Program-made: the position numbers and the translations under genes | The notes under the pieces: generated by a model | Databases searched by the model: none | Seen by the model: the letters and a program-made list of their open reading frames with translations, nothing else | Told to the model about the DNA's origin: nothing | Part shown: positions 1 through 8,247 of the stretch, in pieces | How positions within the stretch are numbered: position 1 is the first letter of the stretch | Layout: every line of letters begins with the position of its first letter | Source of the DNA: a virus | Lineage: Duplodnaviria > Caudoviricetes | Strand: one strand, 5' to 3' | IMG/VR virus record: IMGVR_UViG_3300005532_000255 | Location: 1-52,311 of that record | Length of the DNA: 52,311 nt

Positions 1-165
1 TCGCCGCCACGCCCACGCAAGCGTGGCTCCTTCTGTCTTACCGAGTCCTGTTGGCACCGGCAAGATTTCGGGCAATCCGTTCAGCGCGATCTGCCGTTGC
101 CATTCGTATGGATTGAATCCGGCGGCTTGCTTGAAAAAAGCATCGAACTTTTGTGAGTCGGTCAT
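1..165 (-). CDS. cas3: CRISPR-associated helicase Cas3, type I-G (I-U)-like; only the N-terminal 55 aa are in the window (runs off the left edge)
   Basis: Not in ORF track. Manual translation from ATG 165: MTDSQKFDAFFKQAAGFNPYEWQRQIALNGLPEILPVPTGLGKTEGATLAWAWRR. It has a Q-motif (PYEWQ) and Walker A (PTGLGKT) at the extreme N-terminus, followed by LAWAWRR, as in helicase-first Cas3 of type I-G. TATAAT upstream at 212-207. Confidence 0.75.
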   Translation of the reverse strand, partial: MTDSQKFDAFFKQAAGFNPYEWQRQIALNGLPEILPVPTGLGKTEGATLAWAWRR

Positions 166-270
166 GCCGCATTTCGCCCGCGCTTCGTTTACTGTCGATT
201 AGGGAAATTATACTTCTGCGCGAAGCTGCGCCGGTTAAGCAGAGAAGTGAGAAGTGATCGCACCATCCAG

Positions 271-291
271 TGTGACCACTTTTGTGCCCAC
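271..291. repeat. Arm-type integrase binding repeats of the left-hand element
   Basis: TGTGACCAC (271-279) and TGTGCCCAC (283-291), 12-bp period, about 140 bp from the att core. Confidence 0.5.
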
Positions 292-345
292 CCTGTGCTT
301 CTCTCGGCTGCGCGCGGTTGCGCGCGGATCGCGCGGGAAGGGCCG

Positions 346-494
346 TAAGTGTTTGAAACTTTGGCAGTTGTGCGCAACCGGGAACAATCGAGCGCAATCC
401 CGCTAAGTGTTTGATTCTACGCCGGGCGATGGTTCGGGACCAGGAGGTCGGTGGTTCAAATCCACTCGCCCCGACCAAAGTTTTCAAACAGTTA
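346..494. promoter_or_regulatory. Three IHF-like sites around the att core
   Basis: 404-416 reads AATCAAACACTTA on minus (exact WATCAANNNNTTR). 346-358 (minus TTTCAAACACTTA) and 482-494 (plus TTTCAAACAGTTA) each have one mismatch. Confidence 0.6.
430..477 (+). mobile_element. att core: 3' fragment of tRNA-Pro(CGG)
   Basis: TGG TTCGGGA CCAGGAGGTCGGTGG TTCAAAT CCACTCGCCCCGACCA contains the anticodon loop with CGG, T-arm, 3' acceptor strand and CCA. No 5' acceptor strand or D-arm upstream. Lies 6 bp from the integrase stop. Confidence 0.88.
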
Positions 495-1650
495 CGCGGT
501 ACTCGTTCCCGCATGGGACTCCATTAGGGACTCCAAGTCCCCATCCTGAACGTGCATATTGCTCGACGGCGGCGCACGCGGCGCCGTCGTCGAGGTGGCT
601 GTAAATGTTCAGCGTCACGTCGACGCTGCTGTGGCCCAGGGCGTCCCGCAGATCCTCTGGGTTAGCCCCCTGGCGACGGCCCCAGGTCGTGAACGTATGT
701 CGGAAATCGTGCCAAGATACCAGCGGAATCCCGGCACGTCGGCACGCTGGCTTGATATGCCTTGCTACGACATTGTGCAGGTCAACCGGGACGTTGACCC
801 TCGTGGCAAACAGGAAGTCGCGCGGGCCTCGGAACCGGCATCGTTGGACCCATTCCGTCAGCGCCGCCTGCGCCAGCGGCCAGAGCTTGACTCGTCGCCG
901 GGACCGCTGGGTCTTCGGCTCGCCGAGTACGCCCCGATAACAGGATTCGTCCACCAGCAGGGCGTCGCCGGTGAAGTCCTCCTGACGGAGCGCGGACAGC
1001 TCGCCCCGTCGCAGCCCCGTCAGCACGGCCACGATGACTAACGTGCTGTGGGGCGGCTCCAGCTCTCGCACCAGGGCCCAGAACTGCCCGGGGGTTAGGA
1101 TCACCTTCTCTCGAACCGTGCGACGAGCCGGCAGCTTCATGCGGCCTGCTGCCGGATTACCGCCAAGCCAGCCCCAATCGATGGCCACCGAGAGCAAGCC
1201 CCGCAGGTAACCCCGAAGCTCCCGAACAGACTTCGGCGCCAACTGGCGCGCCGATTCCGTCAGGAACCGCTGGACGTCCGCCTTCTCGACATCGGCGACA
1301 GGCATCGCCCCGAACGCCGGCTCGATCCGCTTGACAGCCCATTCGTAAGCGAGCTGCGTCGAGAACCGCAAGGTCGGCTTCACCGCCGCCCTCCACTCCT
1401 CGACCAGCTTGGACAAGGTCTTCTCACGGAACTCAACGCCGGGGGCAAGATCGTTGATGGGTTGAAGCACCTGCCGTGCCTTCTGGCAGGCCTCCGTGAA
1501 CGTTATCGACTGAGCCGGGCCAAGACAGGCAGTGCGACGCACACGTCGGTGCTCGTCGCCCTCCACTATGTCCGCCCAATAGCTGATTTTCCATTGTCCG
1601 TTCTGTACGCGTGGCCTGGGATTCTGCCCAGGCCTTCTTTGACGAGCCAT
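484..1650 (-). CDS. int: Tyrosine integrase
   Basis: TGLRRGEL, HDFRH, LGHSSVDVTLNIY catalytic R-H-R-H-Y motifs. ATG 1650 has an AAGGAGG RBS. Confidence 0.95.
   Translation of the reverse strand: MARQRRPGQNPRPRVQNGQWKISYWADIVEGDEHRRVRRTACLGPAQSITFTEACQKARQVLQPINDLAPGVEFREKTLSKLVEEWRAAVKPTLRFSTQLAYEWAVKRIEPAFGAMPVADVEKADVQRFLTESARQLAPKSVRELRGYLRGLLSVAIDWGWLGGNPAAGRMKLPARRTVREKVILTPGQFWALVRELEPPHSTLVIVAVLTGLRRGELSALRQEDFTGDALLVDESCYRGVLGEPKTQRSRRRVKLWPLAQAALTEWVQRCRFRGPRDFLFATRVNVPVDLHNVVARHIKPACRRAGIPLVSWHDFRHTFTTWGRRQGANPEDLRDALGHSSVDVTLNIYSHLDDGAACAAVEQYARSGWGLGVPNGVPCGNEYRVTV
515..535. repeat. Arm-type repeats of this prophage
   Basis: GGGACTCCA twice (515-523, 527-535), 12-bp period, inside the int 3' end. 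Confidence 0.55.
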
Positions 1651-1702
1651 ACGCCGCCACCCTCCTTGTGTGGCCGTATGGCCCGCCGACTGAACGGAGA
1701 GG

Positions 1703-1731
1703 ATGCTACCTCGTTGTGGCACGGGGATCAA
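1703..1731 (-). promoter_or_regulatory. Putative sigma70 promoter of int
   Basis: TTGATC-17 bp-TAGCAT, 52 bp upstream of the int ATG. Confidence 0.5.
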
Positions 1732-1746
1732 GCGCTAATCGGTGGT

Positions 1747-1805
1747 GGGTTGGACGGGCCGGAATCGAACCGGCGCGATGCGGCGGGATCTCATAACGCA
1801 TCGCT
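1747..1805 (-). ncRNA. tRNA-like element (T-arm, 3' acceptor strand, long hairpin); not a canonical tRNA
   Basis: Minus strand GCGATGCG-14 nt-CGCATCGC, then GCCGG TTCGATT CCGGC, then CCGTCCA ACC. Confidence 0.5.
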
Positions 1806-1818
1806 TCTTGGCTGGCTT

Positions 1819-2016
1819 TCAGCTATCGGCCACCGGTACGGCCGCCATGCCTCGCCGGGGCCGGGCAGAAAGGGTCCCCACCCAGAAGGCGAGGTCCTTC
1901 TTGCGGCCGAGCTTCAGCGTTACCCACTCCGCGCCGGTTGGCGGCAGAAAGGAGACTTTCGGCTGCTTGTGCCGTCTTCTAGCCTCTCGCTCGCGTTTCC
2001 CGGCCCGGTTCGACAT
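1819..2016 (-). CDS. Small basic hypothetical protein (65 aa)
   Basis: ATG 5 nt after the HNH stop (MSNRAGKREREARRRHK...). Could instead be structured RNA. Confidence 0.35.
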   Translation of the reverse strand: MSNRAGKREREARRRHKQPKVSFLPPTGAEWVTLKLGRKKDLAFWVGTLSARPRRGMAAVPVADS

Positions 2017-2021
2017 GGCTT

Positions 2022-2426
2022 TTAGCGGGTTACCTCTCGCATGGCCCCCGCTTGCAGCCGACGACAGGTTTTGCACCTGCGTGCAGCCCTCGCCGGGTAC
2101 ACGTAGGTGTTCCTGCTGTCGTAAGGATGCCCGCTCGGGCACGCAACCTTGCGCCTGTTGTGGTTGTCACCACGCCGAACATTCTCTCCACCAGTGACGG
2201 CTTCGAGATGTGCAGGATTCACACACGCTCGGTAGCGACACAGATGATCGACGTGAAGCCCTGGAGCTATCGGACCTTTGAAGCGTTCGTAGATCCAGCG
2301 GTGGGCGTAATACTTCCGCCGACCAGTTCCGAACCGAGCGTAACCCTTCGGGTCCAGATAGCCTTTCCAGGTCCAGCACTCGCCGGACCTGTCGACGAAG
2401 CTCCAGAATCTGTCCTCTGCGCCCAT
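2022..2426 (-). CDS. HNH homing-type endonuclease
   Basis: RFWSFVDRSGECWTWKG, HRWIYE, HVDHLCRYRACVNPAHLEAVT..EN, plus C-terminal CPSGH...CKTC zinc motif. Confidence 0.9.
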   Translation of the reverse strand: MGAEDRFWSFVDRSGECWTWKGYLDPKGYARFGTGRRKYYAHRWIYERFKGPIAPGLHVDHLCRYRACVNPAHLEAVTGGENVRRGDNHNRRKVACPSGHPYDSRNTYVYPARAARRCKTCRRLQAGAMREVTR

Positions 2427-2562
2427 GCGGATGCCTACTAATCGCAGCCGTCCCACCAGGGGCACCGTCCAATGAATCGCTCGCTGCTCGGCCGGGACCT
2501 TTTGGGCATAGTGAGTTGGAGGGGTTTTCTGACATCGGCAGCGCTATACTTTCCCAACAGAG

Positions 2563-3225
2563 ATGTCGACACTTAAAGCCCGAATCATATTGGACAGCGC
2601 GAAGAGCTCAACGCAGAGCTTCTTCGCCGCCTTTGACACGGTGAGGACTGCCCGAGGGGCAACCGCAGGCGCCCCGACAGATGAAGAACAAGATCTTCTC
2701 CGTGCCGGGCTCGTCTTCGCAGCCGCTGGTTTGGACTCTATGCTCAAGCAGCTCATCCGAGAGGCGATCACGCGCCTCGCCGAGAAGAACCCAAAGGTCC
2801 AAGAGGAACTGGAAACCTTTGTGCACCGGCAGATCCGAGGCGATTCAGAGGGCTCCGAAGCAATCTCGGGCCACAAGTTCTTGGCGAGGGTGCTGGTCTC
2901 CGCGAACTTACAGGCCCGCCTGATCGAGGAATATGTGCGAGAATTAACTGGCACTAGCCTGCAATCGGCAGATCAGCTCTTCAAAACCGTGAGGGCGTTG
3001 GGGCTTGATCCGAAAGAAGCTCAACTTGACGCACAGCAACTTAAGGGCATCTTCGACATCCGAAACAAGATCATCCACGAACTCGATGTAAACCTGAACA
3101 CCGCACGTGGAAGGCGGACGCGTCACAGCCGACGAAAGCCCGAGCTGGAGGAGCACGCCCGAAAGCTTCTTGATGTTGGAGAGCGCATTCTTGGAGAGAT
3201 CGAACAGCAATTGAACTCAGCCTAA
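2563..3225 (+). CDS. HEPN-domain protein (predicted RNase)
   Basis: RNKIIH = R-X4-H HEPN motif; N-terminal helix LLRAGLVFAAAGLDSML; TATACT at 2545-2550. Confidence 0.7.
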   Translation: MSTLKARIILDSAKSSTQSFFAAFDTVRTARGATAGAPTDEEQDLLRAGLVFAAAGLDSMLKQLIREAITRLAEKNPKVQEELETFVHRQIRGDSEGSEAISGHKFLARVLVSANLQARLIEEYVRELTGTSLQSADQLFKTVRALGLDPKEAQLDAQQLKGIFDIRNKIIHELDVNLNTARGRRTRHSRRKPELEEHARKLLDVGERILGEIEQQLNSA

Positions 3226-4893
3226 ACCGGCGCTCCGGGCTCGACATTCAAACCGCCCCACCTCTCGCAGGAAAACCATCTCGATGTTTTTCGTCGGGCC
3301 GTTCCGCTGTTTGGCAACGGCCAACTCGGCCTTCCCCCGCACCGATTCGTCGCGGGGTTTGTACATCTCCTCGCGGTACAGCAGCAGGACCACATCCGCA
3401 TCCTGCTCCAGCGTGCCGGAGTCGCGGAGATCGCTTAGGCGCGGCCGCATGTCGCCGCCGCGTACTTCCGGCGCGCGGCTCAGCTGTGAGAGCACCAGGA
3501 ACGGCACGTTGAATTCCTTCGCCGCCAGCTTCAGCTCGCGGGAGATGCCGGAGACCTCGGCGTTGCGGTCTCGCCCGCGCCCCGTCATCAGTCCCAGGTA
3601 ATCGATCACCACGAGGACGAGCTTCTGCTGTGCCGCTAGCCCTCGCAGCGCGGTGCACACTCCCTGGACGGTCGCCCTGGTGTTGTCGCTGATGTACAGG
3701 GGCGCCCTGGCAATCTCGCCAAGCGCAGCGGCAATCCGGCGCCGTTCCTCTCTGTCCAACTCGCCGCGCCGCAGACGCTGGCCATCCACGCGCGCCTCCT
3801 GCGAAATCAGCCGGCGCAGCAGGGATTCCTTGCTCATCTCCAGCGAGAACAGGGCAACGCAACCGCCGCCGCTCTTCGCTGCGTGGTAGGCGATCTGCAA
3901 GGCGATCCAGGTCTTCCCCATGGATGGCCGCGCGGCCACCAGACACAGCTCACCGTTGTGCAGGCCGCAAGTGAGGTCGTTCAGGGCCCGCCACGGGGTC
4001 TGTAGGCCTGGCTGCGGTCTAAGGAAGCTGTCCACGCCGCCGGCAGCGGAAAGGATTTGCTCGGGGCTGAAGAACTGCGGCTGAGCCTGTGGCTTGTGGT
4101 TGGCCTGCTCCGGGAACCAGCTCGCCCCCAGCGTGGAGACGGCACCCGCGTCCAGGACAGGCGCTGCCTTGACGGCCTGTACGAGCTCGTCTTTGCCGTG
4201 GCCCCGTGCCAGCCAGTCCGTCGCGTCCCCCTTCTTCGGGAGGCCCGGCAGCTCCACGAGCTTGACGCCACGGGCTACCGGCAACAGCGACTGCGCCGCC
4301 CGCAGAGCATGCCGCCGGCCTTCGTCGTCGTTGTCGGGCAGAATGACGACGAGCTTGCCGGCAAGGGACTGAGCGTAATGATCGCGCCACTTTCCGGCCC
4401 CGTGCGGGTTGCACGTCGCCGTCAGCCCCAGTCCACGCAGCGTCTCGACATCCTTCTCGCCCTCGACCAAGTAGACGCACTCGGCCGCCAGGACCTCCGG
4501 CAGGCGGTACAGAACGCGTCGAACGTCCCCGAGCTTCCAGGTTCCGTCCGCCCGGCGCTGCGCGAACGACTTCGGCGAGTACCGGATGACCTCGAACAGC
4601 AGCTTGCCGTGTTCGTCGGTGTACGGGTAGGTGGCGACGATCTGGCGCTGCGGCGCTTCTGAGGGGCCGTGCTCCTGGCCGCACTTGCATCGGCCACGCA
4701 GCCGGTGCGGGTAGGTTCCACTCTCTGGATTCTGCTCGATCCCGCCGGCTAACTCGTCGCGCGTGCAGTGCGCGAATTCACCGTCGCTCGACAGATAGCC
4801 GAAGCAGCGCTTCCCCTGACCGCGCGGCGCCTCGTCGCAGCCGCCGCAGATCGGACACGGATTGCGGCGATGAAACCGTTGCTGTGGTCTCAT
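3217..4893 (-). CDS. Primase-helicase fusion (Zn finger, TOPRIM, DnaB-type helicase)
   Basis: CPICGG; VEGEKD and DNDDEG (TOPRIM); ARPSMGKT, VIDYL, LSQLSR, DLRDSGTLEQDAD, KQRNGPT (DnaB). Confidence 0.93.
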   Translation of the reverse strand: MRPQQRFHRRNPCPICGGCDEAPRGQGKRCFGYLSSDGEFAHCTRDELAGGIEQNPESGTYPHRLRGRCKCGQEHGPSEAPQRQIVATYPYTDEHGKLLFEVIRYSPKSFAQRRADGTWKLGDVRRVLYRLPEVLAAECVYLVEGEKDVETLRGLGLTATCNPHGAGKWRDHYAQSLAGKLVVILPDNDDEGRRHALRAAQSLLPVARGVKLVELPGLPKKGDATDWLARGHGKDELVQAVKAAPVLDAGAVSTLGASWFPEQANHKPQAQPQFFSPEQILSAAGGVDSFLRPQPGLQTPWRALNDLTCGLHNGELCLVAARPSMGKTWIALQIAYHAAKSGGGCVALFSLEMSKESLLRRLISQEARVDGQRLRRGELDREERRRIAAALGEIARAPLYISDNTRATVQGVCTALRGLAAQQKLVLVVIDYLGLMTGRGRDRNAEVSGISRELKLAAKEFNVPFLVLSQLSRAPEVRGGDMRPRLSDLRDSGTLEQDADVVLLLYREEMYKPRDESVRGKAELAVAKQRNGPTKNIEMVFLREVGRFECRARSAGLG

Positions 4894-5642
4894 CGCCAGT
4901 ACTCGGGCAGGTCCGCATCGGCGGGTTTGGGATCATCGAGCCAGCGCTTTTCGGAAAGCCATTTCGCCGGAGCGGGGATGTACTTGCCGTTTTCCTTCTC
5001 CCATTCCTCGGATCGCAGCCAGCGCTCGAGGCCCGCCATGACCTGGTCGGCGATGGCATCCAGGCCGAGGCTCAGCCACATCTGCACCGCCATGGCCTTG
5101 CCGGTCTTGCGAGGGTACTTCTCCCAGAACCGGTCGAACGCCTCCCCGGAGTGAGATTCCGGCGACTGTACGCGCGATGCGTGACGCGCTTCTGTTCCGT
5201 TCCCCGTTCCCTTCTGTTCTGTTCTCTTCTCTTCTGTTCTATGTACACTCGGGTGACACTCGGGTGACAGGCGGGTATCACCCGGCTGCCACTCAGGTGT
5301 CCCGCCCGGCTCGATGCTTTCTAACCAGCCTATTTTCAGCAGCCTCGGGATGGCCTCGGCGAACACCTGGGCCGGGCAGCGCGTCACGCGCTCCAGCGCC
5401 TCTTCGTCGTAGGGCCTTCCGCCGTCGCGCACCAGGGTGCCACGCGGGTGACACTTGGATGCCACCTGGATGATAAGGACCCAGGCGCCGAAGTGAGCGG
5501 CCCCGTTTGCGTGGCTGATCAGCTCCGTATATCCGTCGCCGTCGTGCTTGTTGGGGATGGGGACCCAGTGGAGATTCTGGCGACCCCGGCTGCGGCTGTT
5601 CTCAAAGCGGTCGTCCCAATCGACGATGCGGAGGACCTTCAT
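4890..5642 (-). CDS. Phage replication initiator / replisome organizer
   Basis: N-terminal wHTH-like region, low-complexity linker carrying iterons, C-terminal FDRFWEKYPRKTGK...YIPAPAKWL. ATGA overlaps on both sides. Confidence 0.8.
   Translation of the reverse strand: MKVLRIVDWDDRFENSRSRGRQNLHWVPIPNKHDGDGYTELISHANGAAHFGAWVLIIQVASKCHPRGTLVRDGGRPYDEEALERVTRCPAQVFAEAIPRLLKIGWLESIEPGGTPEWQPGDTRLSPECHPSVHRTEEKRTEQKGTGNGTEARHASRVQSPESHSGEAFDRFWEKYPRKTGKAMAVQMWLSLGLDAIADQVMAGLERWLRSEEWEKENGKYIPAPAKWLSEKRWLDDPKPADADLPEYWR
5211..5304. repeat. Putative replication origin inside the initiator gene
   Basis: Pyrimidine pentamer run (TTCTG/TTCTC, 5211-5240), then five 11-bp units CGGGTGACACT/CGGGTGACAGG/CGGGTATCACC/CGGCTGCCACT/CAGGTGTCCCG (5250-5304). 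Same layout as ori within lambda O. Confidence 0.7.
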
Positions 5643-5920
5643 CGCAGGCGCCGAACATCCGGCTGCCGCCGGCGGGGCCGCCAGCGGTGGATCACCTTGA
5701 CGCAGCCCTTGGGACACGGGAAGGCCCGCATAGCCTCCATCTCCACCCCGCTTGCCCAACGGCCGGTCTTGACCTGCACCAGGATAATCTCACTTGCGGA
5801 GATCGCAACGAAATCCCACTCGCCCTTGCTGGCGGCGCTGCGGATGCACCGGTAGCCGGCGCGCTCGAATAACGCCATTGAGCGATGCTCGTTGCGCCGG
5901 CCCTTGGCCGCAGAATTCAT
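5639..5920 (-). CDS. Hjc-like Holliday junction resolvase (PD-(D/E)XK)
   Basis: KGRRNE...GYRCIRSAASKGEWDFVA...LVQVKT. Confidence 0.8.
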   Translation of the reverse strand: MNSAAKGRRNEHRSMALFERAGYRCIRSAASKGEWDFVAISASEIILVQVKTGRWASGVEMEAMRAFPCPKGCVKVIHRWRPRRRQPDVRRLR

Positions 5921-5990
5921 GGGATGGTTAGGGTGCTAATCCGATCTCCCCGAGACGACCGGCTTTAGTATTCTTAGGCGGAGGGACGAG

Positions 5991-6512
5991 GTGCCCAAGT
6001 TCATCGTAGTCATCGGCTGCTGCCACGATCTACAGAAGGTCTGCCCTACACGCCAGGATCCGGACCACATTGTCCGCCAGCAGATCCAGAAGCTCAAGTT
6101 CGTCCGAACCCTTGCCCAGATGATCGAGCAACACGGTATAAACCTGGTAGCTGAAGAGGCTCGGCATGCAGAACTCACCACAGTAGAGCAACTGGCACGG
6201 CTGGCCCACATTTACTACGCCAACATCGACATGCCGTTGGCGGAGCGGGAGAGGCGAGGGATCCCACGGACTTATTCATCACTTCGGGACATTGACGACG
6301 CCACCAAGGAGCAAGCCCGCAGGTTTGACGAGGTGCGTGAGGATTACATGTTCTCGCGGGCCAAGGAATTCATGACCAGCGACACGAAGGCCCTAGTGAT
6401 CGTAGGCCAGATGCACATGGAACCGTTGAAGAAACGGTTCGAGCAGATTTGCGACTCCGTTTGCGACTACGACGTCACGAAAGAGGCATGGTTCGACTCA
6501 TCCGCTTTCTAG
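5991..6512 (+). CDS. Hypothetical protein, possibly TraB/TIKI/EreA-like metallohydrolase fold
   Basis: VVIGCCH...LVAEE...REDYM...LVIVGQMH in the order of the TraB-family motifs; GGAGG RBS. Confidence 0.55.
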   Translation: MPKFIVVIGCCHDLQKVCPTRQDPDHIVRQQIQKLKFVRTLAQMIEQHGINLVAEEARHAELTTVEQLARLAHIYYANIDMPLAERERRGIPRTYSSLRDIDDATKEQARRFDEVREDYMFSRAKEFMTSDTKALVIVGQMHMEPLKKRFEQICDSVCDYDVTKEAWFDSSAF

Positions 6513-6552
6513 GTCCTGCCACAACTGTCCTTGATGATAAGGGTCTTTCCGT

Positions 6553-6814
6553 CTATTCTCGCAATCCAAAAAGACGCGCGGCGGCACGGCGGGAGCGCGC
6601 AAAGGCGGCGTAGTCCGGCCTCCCGCGCGCCGGCAGGCACGTGAGCCGCGTCGGCAGGTCCCTTCTTCGGGCACCCGGCCAGACGCCGGTAGAAGATGTC
6701 CCACGCGCGCTCCATGTCCACAACGCGCTGCAAGAACTCCCTGTCTGCGACCGGCGTGTGCGCACGGGCTGCGCGTGCAGCCAAGAGGAGGGCCAAGAAC
6801 CGGCGGCGGATCAC
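6553..6814 (-). pseudogene. Exported small protein, probably frameshifted near 6645
   Basis: GTG overlaps the upstream stop; signal-like RRRFLALLLAARAARA. After GCPKKGPAD the more protein-like continuation (TCLPARGRPDYAAFARSRRAAARLFGLRE*) is in another frame. Confidence 0.4.
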
Positions 6815-7257
6815 GTCAGGATGGCTTTCACCAGATCGATGGCTTGATCCAGATCGGGGACCATGAAGCCGGAGCACATCTCGACCATCGGGTGCCAGTG
6901 CACGTTGCCGGGCTCGATGACGACGATGCTGGGCTTGCGGAACGCGTCGGCCCAGGCGATCTCCATCACCGTGCCGATCGAGACCTGCCTGGCTCCCAGG
7001 AGGTTGAACAGCACCAGGTCGGCGCGCATCACATCGAAGCGGTCACGCGTGGTGATTCCCTTGGCGGTACTGAGCGGGTGCTCGTCGTAGGCGCCCGCCA
7101 GCACTCCCCGATCCTTCAGGTAGTCCTTCGCGCGGAGCGGCGAGAGGGCCTGGATGTGCGGCGGAAGCCGCGCGGCAACGTAGCCGCGCCAGTCTTCCGA
7201 GTCCGCGAAGGTGAGGCCGCTGATGGGGCCGGCCAGGTAGACGTGATAGGAGTGCAT
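6811..7257 (-). CDS. Nucleoside 2-deoxyribosyltransferase / nucleotide N-glycosidase family protein
   Basis: VYLAGPI, RDRFDVMRADLV, SIGTVMEIAWA. Confidence 0.85.
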   Translation of the reverse strand: MHSYHVYLAGPISGLTFADSEDWRGYVAARLPPHIQALSPLRAKDYLKDRGVLAGAYDEHPLSTAKGITTRDRFDVMRADLVLFNLLGARQVSIGTVMEIAWADAFRKPSIVVIEPGNVHWHPMVEMCSGFMVPDLDQAIDLVKAILT

Positions 7258-7565
7258 GGTCTGTCATCCAGTTCCGGATGGGTTTGTTCGTACTCCATAA
7301 GCGCCAGGGCGCACCAGGCTATCGAGGCGAGGTGATGCTGCCTGTCGACGGGATCGTGTTTCTCGCCGCCCCACCAGGCCCAGGCGTGGCGCATCAGGGC
7401 GGCGAAGATGCGCCCCCAGCGCATGCCCTTCTCCCAGTTGCGGTCCGCGTACTTCGCCGCGCCCATCGTGTAGACATGCGCGACCTGCTTCAGCGGCTCC
7501 ACCGGGAGCAGGTCGAACCGCAGTTTGCCGCCGTCGTTTTTGCGTCCTTCTTCTCGAATTCTCAT
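7116..7565 (-). CDS. dATP/dGTP diphosphohydrolase-domain protein (DUF5664-like)
   Basis: GRKNDGGKLRFDLLP, GAAKYADRNWEKG, ALMRH, HHLASIAW, ending ELDDR. The last ~47 codons read through into the next gene. Confidence 0.85.
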   Translation of the reverse strand: MRIREEGRKNDGGKLRFDLLPVEPLKQVAHVYTMGAAKYADRNWEKGMRWGRIFAALMRHAWAWWGGEKHDPVDRQHHLASIAWCALALMEYEQTHPELDDRPCTPITSTWPAPSAASPSRTRKTGAATLPRGFRRTSRPSRRSARRTT

Positions 7566-7890
7566 CTTTTTCCAAGGCTGACGCAAAAAATCGCTGTTCG
7601 AAAAATATCCGCAACCCTGTGCCGCATCCCTTTAATCCAATCCCCAGAGCTGCGGGCTAGGGGAAAGGCCTTAGGGAAGGTTAAGCGAATATCAATGCAA
7701 TCAGTAAGATAGCTAGATTGGCCAGTCGCGAGCACTAGTCACGGTAGGCAGTCGGCTTGGTTTGGTGTTATTCGTTTTTCAGCAGGATAGCGTCAGAGGC
7801 ACGCGATTTGCCACGGCAGTAGGCGGCGACGCCACGAGTTTACGTCCGCTGGGGGGCTACTGGTGCGATTTCTGATGAGCGAGGTGAGAC

Positions 7891-8220
7891 ATGCCGGTCA
7901 TACCGATTTCGACTATCCACATTACGAGGCACGACTTCAACGAGCTCAGACGGTTGCAAAGGAGGAAGCGTTGGGACTGGCCAGCCGTCTTCAGCGTCAA
8001 TCCCCGCGGCGTCATTTGGCCCTTTGTAACAAACGGTTGGACGCCCGAGGACGAAAGGATCGACGTGGCTGGGGTTTCTCCGATTGTCGACAGGGTAGCG
8101 TCGGAGTACTTGGACATACGGCCCGAAGGGGGACGATTTTTCATCAAGGACTGTGGCGCGTTCTTCAAAACTGAAGACGGAGGTCCACCGCAGCTTTTCG
8201 CTGTGTTCCTATTCGGCTAA
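7891..8220 (+). CDS. Hypothetical protein (antisense cargo)
   Basis: GAGGTG RBS; fills the gap between two minus-strand genes. Confidence 0.55.
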   Translation: MPVIPISTIHITRHDFNELRRLQRRKRWDWPAVFSVNPRGVIWPFVTNGWTPEDERIDVAGVSPIVDRVASEYLDIRPEGGRFFIKDCGAFFKTEDGGPPQLFAVFLFG

Positions 8221-8247
8221 GTCTTGCGGGCAAGTCGCGATTTCGTC

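Noticed and set aside
400-477. Intact tRNA-Pro gene
   Set aside because: No 5' acceptor strand or D-arm; pairing begins only at 430, so it is an att fragment
38-514. 158-aa minus-strand ORF (LVGASGFEPPTSWSRT)
   Set aside because: Typical antisense translation of a tRNA 3' half; the real coding frame here is the cas3-like ORF starting at 165
1747-2471. tmRNA or confirmed group I intron
   Set aside because: Acceptor stem lacks alanine identity and there is no terminal CCA; no convincing P7 (R/S) core seen. Kept only as a tRNA-like finding.
6811-7565. Z-genome (2-aminoadenine) pathway
   Set aside because: No purZ or dedicated polymerase in the window; the diphosphohydrolase alone is insufficient
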